From: Thermodesulfobacteriota bacterium
GTDB taxonomy: Bacteria; Desulfobacterota; Desulfarculia; JACQYL01
Assembly: GCA_963675595.2 (NCBI GenBank)
Contig: CAXXLZ010000002.1
Location: 3,808,001-3,872,000, forward strand
Length of the DNA stretch: 64,000 nucleotides
Direction of reading: 5' to 3'
Shown here: one piece after another, positions 20,032 to 27,891 of the stretch
Layout of the letters: every line of letters starts with the position of its first letter
How positions within the stretch are numbered: the stretch's first letter is position 1
Position numbers and translations under genes: made by a program
Notes under the pieces: generated by a model
What the model saw: the letters and a program-made list of their open reading frames with translations, nothing else
The model's database searches: none
What the model was told of the DNA's origin: nothing

Positions 20032-20919
20032 CTAAAACCTGTAAGACAGTTTCAGGATGCCGCCTACGGCATTATCTAAATCGAATTTGTCCTCCTCGTT
20101 GCCGTCGTCATTATAAAGTGTCCACTCCCTGCCTAAGGCATATTCTGCTCCCACAGAGACACTGAAATTCGGGACGGGGTTGAATTCTAAGTAAACGCCC
20201 GGAATGAACTCTTCCATTTCAACATATCCTTCCGCCTGTACGGGATTGTCGTCCGCCAGCCTGTAGGTTCTATGATCGAAATGAATGCCGATTTTTGCAG
20301 CCCAAGCGGATGAGAAACGATAACGAACCGATGTTTCCGGTATTCCGAGAAAAATGCCCAACCCTTTTTGAGGGTCGGGAAGCCAAACCAAACGGACTAA
20401 AGGGAATACGTCGGTTCGGGTGTAATCTCCAAAGAAGGCGGCTCCTACACCCATCTTGAATGAAGTCGAAAACACATATTCAAGGCCCCCGTCCACAGCG
20501 CCGCCCCAGGACTGATCCAATTGCTCTTCGAATGAGGAAAAAAACCGGGCGCCCAGGAAGAAGCGCCACGGTCCTGAGATACTCCGGTCATATCGGGCGC
20601 GCAAACCGATTACGTGAAGATGCTGCCAAGGATCTTCCAAGCCGTTTCCGAACGGCAGCGCGTCGGCCTTTTCCCAAAAAAAGGAACGGTTTTCGTAGAA
20701 TACGGCGAAGTGGGAGAAGTAAACAGAGGCGCCTGACTTGAGGACCGAGACGCGCCCGGGTCCTCCTTCTACGTCGGCATCAGCTTGGTAGTTTCCCTCG
20801 ACTTTAATTTTAAATGGATACGCCTCTTCAGGAGGCTGTGCTTGAACTAAATAAGCTTGGCAGAGCAAAATCAGTATGCAAATGAGGGATAAATAAACAG
20901 GGTTACGATGCCATGTCAT
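20032..20919 (-). CDS. Outer-membrane beta-barrel protein (DUF6268-like)
   Basis: Signal peptide, amphipathic strands, C-terminal LSYRF; start MTWHR after GGAG. Confidence 0.65.
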   Translation of the reverse strand: MTWHRNPVYLSLICILILLCQAYLVQAQPPEEAYPFKIKVEGNYQADADVEGGPGRVSVLKSGASVYFSHFAVFYENRSFFWEKADALPFGNGLEDPWQHLHVIGLRARYDRSISGPWRFFLGARFFSSFEEQLDQSWGGAVDGGLEYVFSTSFKMGVGAAFFGDYTRTDVFPLVRLVWLPDPQKGLGIFLGIPETSVRYRFSSAWAAKIGIHFDHRTYRLADDNPVQAEGYVEMEEFIPGVYLEFNPVPNFSVSVGAEYALGREWTLYNDDGNEEDKFDLDNAVGGILKLSYRF

Positions 20920-20973
20920 GTCTATGACTCCCTTCCAATAATAATTTGGATCACTATTCTGATGAGACGCAAT

Positions 20974-21048
20974 GCATTTCAAAAATAGTATTATTTATGA
21001 AATGCTATACATTGGGGTTCATCCGGCAAAATGCCATAGCATTTTGCC
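20974..21048. promoter_or_regulatory. Two inverted repeats upstream of the beta-barrel gene
   Basis: GCATTTCAAAAATA-N4-TATTTATGAAATGC (20974-21005) and perfect GGCAAAATGC-N4-GCATTTTGCC (21025-21048). Confidence 0.4.
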
Positions 21049-21219
21049 TTAATTGGCGATATATACAAAATATACTTTAATTGTTGGCTTCAAAAGCTTG
21101 ACTAAGTTATTATTATGCAACTTATAAAACGCTATATTAAAAGTGGCTGGGCAGATTAGCGGTAATCCATTATTGAATACCTATTTATAGAATGAAATCG
21201 TATATGACAATTATTCATA

Positions 21220-21370
21220 AATGTTAGATAGTTATCGGAAATATGTTTCATTCTTCGTCGGTTTACCCCAAAATCGTAGTAACCAGTTCGTGAAGCAGAC
21301 CTGAAATGAACGACCTCATGTTCATCATCAAGGAAAAAGTCCACATCGTCCACGAATCGTCTCTTCAAAA
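21220..21370 (-). pseudogene. DUF1499-family C-terminal fragment
   Basis: RFVDDVDF...VHFRSASRTGYYDFGVNRRRM; no N-terminus; limits approximate. Confidence 0.7.
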
Positions 21371-21379
21371 AACGATTAT

Positions 21380-21582
21380 GAAAATCACCCCGGCCAATCC
21401 ACCAATATGCTTTTCCCAAACACCACATCTTCTGGGATGCAGTCCTTTTGCGTATACTGAAAAAGATGACGATGTTACTCCTCCAAATACGTATGTCGGT
21501 GCTTGCCGGGGACGGTCATGCAGTTGATGTAGCGATCAAGGTAATTGTCAGGGTCACAACGACCGTTTTCATTGAGTAATTC
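21380..21582 (-). pseudogene. ADP-ribosylglycohydrolase-family pseudogene, downstream part
   Basis: Reading continues across the IS TSD: LNENGRCDPDNYLDRYINCMTVPGKHRHTYLEE*, then frameshifted KHIGGLAG. Confidence 0.6.
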
Positions 21583-21675
21583 CCTGAATCAGTGAACTAG
21601 TGTCTGTCCATAAAGGCCCAATTCCCGACTTATAATGGGGGTCGGGATCGGTGTTTTCCGGCCACATAGAGTATT

Positions 21676-23342
21676 CCTGAATCAGTGAACTAATTTCGCT
21701 GTGAGCTGTTTGCACAGTTCTGAGCGCATTTTTTCGGATGATTGCCCCGGTCTGATGGGCGCTCAAGAACGTATTGATGCCGTCATCATGCCTTCAGCTG
21801 CCGATTGTGGCCAAACGAGCAGTTTTTCAGCGGGTCAGGACATGGCTATCCTTTCAAGCCCCAGTTTCGGCCACGGAACGGGTCATCAGGACCCGGATTA
21901 TCCGGGAGACAGCCGCGAATGCACATCCACAAACGCCTCATAGGCAGGACAATGGCGACCCAGGCGCAGGATCAGCCGACGTCCCGTCCTGATGAATCGA
22001 CCCGCAATCGTCATGAGCTCCTGAATGACGGTGCGGATGCGGCGGCGTTTGGCCGGATGCCGCACCGGAGAACGGTCGCCGAGCAGTCCAAACTGACCGA
22101 TAATACGCAGGATATTGTAGACCATGCCTGCGCACGTCAACACCAGGGCGTTGGTGGCGAACTTGCCCGACGGCAGCCGTTCCATATCCAGATCGGTCTT
22201 GATTTCGCTGTGAAACTGCTCGCTCGTCCCATGCTTCTCGTACAACCGGATGATCCGTTCCTCGGGCAGAACCAGGTTGGTCCACCATCCTTCCAACGTA
22301 ACCTCCGGCAGCAACAGCCGTTGCCCGTGCCGATCCACGGTGCGCTCCGTCACCCGCATCACCCGCATGAATCGCATCTTCTTCCCTTGGACCTCATACG
22401 TCTCATGCACCGTCATCACGGCCACCTTCTTGCCCGGTCGCGGCACACTCACTTTGCCTTCGGCGAAGATTCGGTCCCGCCAAGCCAGAGGGTCCTCTTT
22501 CCGGGGATTCCACTTGACCACGAAGAAGACCTTCCTGTGTTGACGGAGCGCCGCCAAGGTCTCCAACGCGCAGTGGGCGGCATCGAGGCGCACCAAAAGG
22601 CTTTTTCCCGTCAACTCCCGCGCCCGTCGAATCACCCGAGCCAAGAAGGGAAGAAATCCTTTCTGACTATGTTGGCTGCCTTCACGAAGCTCAAGACCGA
22701 TGCACCAACCTTCTTCGCCAAGGTACGCCGCTATGGGCGCATACCCGTCATAGCCCTGGTAGGTTCGGGAAACCCCTTCTTTCTTGGTCTCCGAGTTGTC
22801 CATGGGAAACACGTCGATATCGAGAGGAACATGTCCCATAGATCCGGCGGTAACCGGCGCCTTCACCGCTTTGAGCATCTCGATGGAACTCCCGTTGACG
22901 AGTTCCTTAAGCACCGCAGCGTTCTTGTCCAAACGCTGCCGCAAGGTCTCTTTGGACGGCACCTTCCGGATATCCAACGCCGTTTTGAACCAATCATTGC
23001 TCCGCATCCCGGCCACCGCCTCGAAATCGCTTTTGCCGATGCAAAGCAATCCCAGGTAGCTCTTCAACACATCCGAATGAGACACGCTCGGCATGCCGGG
23101 TACGGCCAAATCCGCCTTCCGACACAACTCCGTGTGGTGGTTGATCAAGAGTCCAGCCAGGGACAGTCCGGAATGCGCCGTATAGAACTCGGTCTCCGAC
23201 CTTTCGATGGTAATCTTCCGCATAGCCTTCACCTGTTGAGTGAATCGATAACAGGCAACACTATTACAGAAATAACTCATTTTATCAAATAGTTATGTGG
23301 GCAACCATGTTAACCTCATAGTTTCCCATTCACGGATTCAGG
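21676..23342 (-). mobile_element. IS1380-family element (inner, 1667 bp, apparently identical to the outer)
   Basis: Same ends as the outer copy; 5-bp TSD GTATT (21671-21675, 23343-23347). Confidence 0.92.
21898..23223 (-). CDS. IS1380-family transposase
   Basis: TAHSGL, LDIDV, GYAP, VRLDAA, HGTSEQFHSEIK, RLPSGKFATN; probable start MRKITIE. Confidence 0.9.
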   Translation of the reverse strand: MRKITIERSETEFYTAHSGLSLAGLLINHHTELCRKADLAVPGMPSVSHSDVLKSYLGLLCIGKSDFEAVAGMRSNDWFKTALDIRKVPSKETLRQRLDKNAAVLKELVNGSSIEMLKAVKAPVTAGSMGHVPLDIDVFPMDNSETKKEGVSRTYQGYDGYAPIAAYLGEEGWCIGLELREGSQHSQKGFLPFLARVIRRARELTGKSLLVRLDAAHCALETLAALRQHRKVFFVVKWNPRKEDPLAWRDRIFAEGKVSVPRPGKKVAVMTVHETYEVQGKKMRFMRVMRVTERTVDRHGQRLLLPEVTLEGWWTNLVLPEERIIRLYEKHGTSEQFHSEIKTDLDMERLPSGKFATNALVLTCAGMVYNILRIIGQFGLLGDRSPVRHPAKRRRIRTVIQELMTIAGRFIRTGRRLILRLGRHCPAYEAFVDVHSRLSPG

Positions 23343-23459
23343 GTATTCTATTGGGTGCGCGGATACTTTCCGGCTTTATTTGTCGATATTTGTGATTATG
23401 AAGACACACGCATTCCGGGGACGCTCCTGCATGAGCAATAGCCATGTTTCTCCTGCGGG

Positions 23460-24827
23460 TTATTCCGCGGTACTTGGCCTGGCAAGCGTGAGCAGGTTGG
23501 CCGAAACGATCGACGCCCACACGTAGCTCTGGAAGGAGCGCCACCCTTGCCAATTGCAGCGGTCCAACCCAAAACAGCGTTTGAGGCGGGATATTCCAGA
23601 CTCGATACCCGCTCGAAAATTCCTGAGACGTTGGTGCACATAGAGACTCCGGCACATGTCCGTCACCTTGATTCCGCGTCTTTTGGCAAAGCAGATGTCC
23701 TTGACACCAAGCTCTTTGGCCTTCTTCACATTGTCTTTGGAAGCAAAGCCGCCGTCCAGAGCCGCTTTGAGCGGAGGGCGACCCCAGATGTCTGCCTGGC
23801 GTTCAAGCATGGTTTGCGACAACTCGCTGTCCGCCGGATTGCCCTTGAGCACCACGCAATCGAGGATCAGGTTGGAACCCCCGCCGGTGAGGCAGATTTT
23901 ATGACCGAAATGCGTATCACGCCGATCTTTGATGATGATGTCCGTATGAGGTTCGAAGATGGAAACCAGTTTTTCGGATGCAGGAACGCTTTCCCCGTTG
24001 ATCACCCGCCTTCTTGCCTGGGAGATCACCTGACAGGACAGAGGCAGATAGTGTTGAATGTCATCAAAAATACGCGCCTGTTCCAGCAGTTCCTCCAAAG
24101 AGTCGGGCTTATACGCATCTATACAGGGCAGAGCCCTCTCGGCGTAGCCCGTCACTTTTTCCGCGACTTTGAGCAAATCCGCATAAAGCTTCTTGCGGGC
24201 CTTTTCTCTTTTGGCGTTCAGGATGCCCAGCATTCGGCGTTTGGCGCGGAGACTGTGGTCTTGAAAACACAACCCCTTGACTCCCAGTTCCCCGGCGGCG
24301 ATGAGAAGACGAGTGAGGACGCGGACAACATCCCACAGCAAAGTCGAATCCGTCGGGTGATGGATGTTGCTTTCCACCACGGTACAATCGATCCGGACTT
24401 CTCTTCCCGTCTCGACCTTATCGTCCTTGGCATGGCCTATAATGACCCGATTCACCTGCTCCCACGTCTCAGCGGACAGGGACTTGATGTTCTGCTGCAG
24501 GGCCGACTTCTTGAACCCTTTGCCGAATCCGATGCGGCAAAAGGCTCGCAAGCAATCGGAGTCTACTATATGAAAGGCCAACCGCCGGTACGAATACCCG
24601 AACAGAACCTTGACTATAGCCGCCCTCAAAACCTGCTCCGCGCTCATACCCCCGGCTCCGGTATTTTTCTTGTCAGGGGCACACGGGCAAAGGTCTTGAA
24701 AGACCATGTCATAGATGGCAGGATCCCGGTCAAGAATCCCGCTGATTGCCTCCAACTCCTTGGCTTGATCGAAATCTTTATGGAAAGGCGGCGACAGCGG
24801 CATCTGTTTTTGTCTTTTATCGCGCAT
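23460..24827 (-). CDS. ISNCY-type DDE transposase
   Basis: GMSAEQVLR, RIDCTVVESNIHHPTDS, ALDGGF, FRAGIESGISRLKR. Confidence 0.85.
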   Translation of the reverse strand: MRDKRQKQMPLSPPFHKDFDQAKELEAISGILDRDPAIYDMVFQDLCPCAPDKKNTGAGGMSAEQVLRAAIVKVLFGYSYRRLAFHIVDSDCLRAFCRIGFGKGFKKSALQQNIKSLSAETWEQVNRVIIGHAKDDKVETGREVRIDCTVVESNIHHPTDSTLLWDVVRVLTRLLIAAGELGVKGLCFQDHSLRAKRRMLGILNAKREKARKKLYADLLKVAEKVTGYAERALPCIDAYKPDSLEELLEQARIFDDIQHYLPLSCQVISQARRRVINGESVPASEKLVSIFEPHTDIIIKDRRDTHFGHKICLTGGGSNLILDCVVLKGNPADSELSQTMLERQADIWGRPPLKAALDGGFASKDNVKKAKELGVKDICFAKRRGIKVTDMCRSLYVHQRLRNFRAGIESGISRLKRCFGLDRCNWQGWRSFQSYVWASIVSANLLTLARPSTAE

Positions 24828-25179
24828 GTTGGGCGTGGCCTCTTTCTTGTTGGTGCAATTATATCAATTGGTTGGCACCTTTTTGATACCATGCGGGGCA
24901 AGAATTTTCCACCCTAATCTGCGCGATTTTCTTTTTATTATAATAACTTAGCTGTCCTGGACAGACACGAACTAATTTCGCTGTGAGCTGTTTGCACAGT
25001 TCTGAGCGCATTTTTTCGGATGATTGCCCCGGTCTGATGGGCGCTCAAGAACGTATTGATGCCGTCATCATGCCTTCAGCTGCCGATTGTGGCCAAACGA
25101 GCAGTTTTTCAGCGGGTCAGGACATGGCTATCCTTTCAAGCCCCAGTTTCGGCCACGGAACGGGTCATCAGGACCCGGA

Positions 25180-26505
25180 TTATCCGGGAGACAGCCGCGA
25201 ATGCACATCCACAAACGCCTCATAGGCAGGACAATGGCGACCCAGGCGCAGGATCAGCCGACGTCCCGTCCTGATGAATCGACCCGCAATCGTCATGAGC
25301 TCCTGAATGACGGTGCGGATGCGGCGGCGTTTGGCCGGATGCCGCACCGGAGAACGGTCGCCGAGCAGTCCAAACTGACCGATAATACGCAGGATATTGT
25401 AGACCATGCCTGCGCACGTCAACACCAGGGCGTTGGTGGCGAACTTGCCCGACGGCAGCCGTTCCATATCCAGATCGGTCTTGATTTCGCTGTGAAACTG
25501 CTCGCTCGTCCCATGCTTCTCGTACAACCGGATGATCCGTTCCTCGGGCAGAACCAGGTTGGTCCACCATCCTTCCAACGTAACCTCCGGCAGCAACAGC
25601 CGTTGCCCGTGCCGATCCACGGTGCGCTCCGTCACCCGCATCACCCGCATGAATCGCATCTTCTTCCCTTGGACCTCATACGTCTCATGCACCGTCATCA
25701 CGGCCACCTTCTTGCCCGGTCGCGGCACACTCACTTTGCCTTCGGCGAAGATTCGGTCCCGCCAAGCCAGAGGGTCCTCTTTCCGGGGATTCCACTTGAC
25801 CACGAAGAAGACCTTCCTGTGTTGACGGAGCGCCGCCAAGGTCTCCAACGCGCAGTGGGCGGCATCGAGGCGCACCAAAAGGCTTTTTCCCGTCAACTCC
25901 CGCGCCCGTCGAATCACCCGAGCCAAGAAGGGAAGAAATCCTTTCTGACTATGTTGGCTGCCTTCACGAAGCTCAAGACCGATGCACCAACCTTCTTCGC
26001 CAAGGTACGCCGCTATGGGCGCATACCCGTCATAGCCCTGGTAGGTTCGGGAAACCCCTTCTTTCTTGGTCTCCGAGTTGTCCATGGGAAACACGTCGAT
26101 ATCGAGAGGAACATGTCCCATAGATCCGGCGGTAACCGGCGCCTTCACCGCTTTGAGCATCTCGATGGAACTCCCGTTGACGAGTTCCTTAAGCACCGCA
26201 GCGTTCTTGTCCAAACGCTGCCGCAAGGTCTCTTTGGACGGCACCTTCCGGATATCCAACGCCGTTTTGAACCAATCATTGCTCCGCATCCCGGCCACCG
26301 CCTCGAAATCGCTTTTGCCGATGCAAAGCAATCCCAGGTAGCTCTTCAACACATCCGAATGAGACACGCTCGGCATGCCGGGTACGGCCAAATCCGCCTT
26401 CCGACACAACTCCGTGTGGTGGTTGATCAAGAGTCCAGCCAGGGACAGTCCGGAATGCGCCGTATAGAACTCGGTCTCCGACCTTTCGATGGTAATCTTC
26501 CGCAT
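25180..26505 (-). CDS. IS1380-family transposase (second copy)
   Basis: Translation identical to 21898-23223 (offset 3282 bp). Confidence 0.9.
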   Translation of the reverse strand: MRKITIERSETEFYTAHSGLSLAGLLINHHTELCRKADLAVPGMPSVSHSDVLKSYLGLLCIGKSDFEAVAGMRSNDWFKTALDIRKVPSKETLRQRLDKNAAVLKELVNGSSIEMLKAVKAPVTAGSMGHVPLDIDVFPMDNSETKKEGVSRTYQGYDGYAPIAAYLGEEGWCIGLELREGSQHSQKGFLPFLARVIRRARELTGKSLLVRLDAAHCALETLAALRQHRKVFFVVKWNPRKEDPLAWRDRIFAEGKVSVPRPGKKVAVMTVHETYEVQGKKMRFMRVMRVTERTVDRHGQRLLLPEVTLEGWWTNLVLPEERIIRLYEKHGTSEQFHSEIKTDLDMERLPSGKFATNALVLTCAGMVYNILRIIGQFGLLGDRSPVRHPAKRRRIRTVIQELMTIAGRFIRTGRRLILRLGRHCPAYEAFVDVHSRLSPG

Positions 26506-26630
26506 AGCCTTCACCTGTTGAGTGAATCGATAACAGGCAACACTATTACAGAAATAACTCATTTTATCAAATAGTTATGTGGGCAACCATGTTAACCTCA
26601 TAGTTTCCCATTCACGGATTCAGGTAATTC

Positions 26631-26951
26631 TATCAGCAGAGCGCACAGTTTCAAGTTCGGCGTGTTTTCTCCAGTCTCGAAAAACTGATGGCAATGGACG
26701 CCGCATTGCCCGCAGTATTGCGCTTGTTCGGGGAGGATATCCCCTTTTTCGTTGATCGCCTTGTACGACGATCGCTGAAGAATCCAGTCCGGATGGGGAT
26801 TCCTCGTTGGAAGATAGTCACGTACTTGGCCATAATCTCGCCGTAGCGCGAGCCGATCATAATACCGGTGAACCGGCATGGCAAGGGCGTCGGCAATGGA
26901 AAGGCCATGGATACAACCGCGTTTCCTACCCTCCACCGATCCTTGGGACAT
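26631..26951 (-). pseudogene. ADP-ribosylglycohydrolase-family pseudogene, upstream part
   Basis: GCIHGLSIADALAMPVHRYYD...GENTPNLKLC resembles the ARH GDAL motif region; cut by the IS stack. Confidence 0.65.
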
Positions 26952-27176
26952 GTTTGTATATGGTTCTATGGGCGCACCCCCCGGTATTCCGCTCCGAGAA
27001 GCGCGGGTTGTTGGAACAAGGCCACCTGATTTTGTCAGGTCCAATTTTTCGGTTATCCACATCCAGGCGGAAAGGGGTACCGTGCCCCGGGAGATCAAGC
27101 GCTCCTTAAGGGACAGCGGTGCCAGCTCGGCTTCGATGCTCTTGAGGAACCGTCTCGCCTCAGTTCTACTCTCAGG

Positions 27177-27300
27177 TGTCGCCACCGGAATTAAATGTCA
27201 TGTAAACGCCGGAATGAAATGTCCTCCCAGATGAGCGAAAGGTATTACCTTCAGCGCAACGAGAAAGAGCTGGAGGTGGCCGATGCTCAAGTACCCCTTG
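27177..27300 (+). mobile_element. IS21-family left-end relic
   Basis: TG-starting tandem 24-mers TGTCGCCACCGGAATTAAATGTCA / TGTAAACGCCGGAATGAAATGTCC, then GGAGG..ATGCTC with no transposase. Confidence 0.5.
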
Positions 27301-27411
27301 AATCAGGTTTCAAGCACGCGCACGATGGAAGGTCCCAATTATATGATAGGTTCTAAAGGGCGGCCAAAAAAATCGCGGGATACCTGGCAAATCCTGACTT
27401 TGCAGTTTAAA

Positions 27412-27891
27412 ATGAATCCAACCCACTCAGAGGAGAGCGACTTGGCGGAGAGACGTGTGAAGGATGAGATTCGGAGGCTCTTCGATTCTCAAAGTTTGGG
27501 TGTCTTGGCAACGCATTCCGAGGCAGGCCCCTACACGAGCCTGGTGGCTTTTGCAGCCGACGAAGATCTCAAGAATATCTATTTTGTCACAAGCCGTTTT
27601 ACCAGGAAGTACGCGAACATCGAAGCCGATCATAAGGTTGCCATACTGATGGACAATCGTTCGGATGACCGGGGTGACTTTCGGACGGCCACGGCAGTGA
27701 CCGCGGTGGGAGAAGCTTCGGAGATTTCGGACCAAGAGAAGGAGAAGGTGCTGAAGCGCTACCTGATCAGGCACGGACATTTACGTGACTTTGTCGCATC
27801 GCCCACTTGCGCTCTGCTTCGCATGCGGGTGCGGACCTACTTCTGTGTCACACGTTTTCAGGAAGTTGTGGAACTGCATATAACGAAATGA
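27412..27891 (+). CDS. Pyridoxamine 5'-phosphate oxidase-like split-barrel protein
   Basis: LGVLAT..GPYTSLVAF...FVTSRFTRKYANI..DHKVAILMD; start uncertain. Confidence 0.85.
   Translation: MNPTHSEESDLAERRVKDEIRRLFDSQSLGVLATHSEAGPYTSLVAFAADEDLKNIYFVTSRFTRKYANIEADHKVAILMDNRSDDRGDFRTATAVTAVGEASEISDQEKEKVLKRYLIRHGHLRDFVASPTCALLRMRVRTYFCVTRFQEVVELHITK

Larger units (their letters stand above)
21600..24968 (-). mobile_element. ISNCY (ISDol1-like) element (middle; 1697 bp without insert)
   Basis: IRs GTGTCTGTCCA / TGGACAGACAC; 6-bp TSD GAACTA (21594-21599, 24969-24974); family assignment from recall. Confidence 0.85.
21583..26624 (-). mobile_element. IS1380-family element (outer; 1667 bp once inserts are removed)
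   Basis: Ends CCTGAATCAGTGAA / TTCACGGATTCAGG; 6-bp TSD TAATTC (21577-21582, 26625-26630). Confidence 0.9.

Noticed and set aside
21805-23292. 495-aa plus-strand ORF (repeated at 25087-26574)
   Set aside because: Antisense to the IS1380 transposase; duplicated only because the IS is duplicated
23547-24917. 456-aa plus-strand ORF
   Set aside because: Antisense to the ISNCY transposase
26598-27185. 195-aa ORF as an intact gene
   Set aside because: Chimera of an unrelated fragment, the ARH pseudogene 5' part and the IS1380 end
27283-27411. N-terminal extension of the PNPOx-like gene
   Set aside because: Begins in the IS21-like relic; not part of the split-barrel domain
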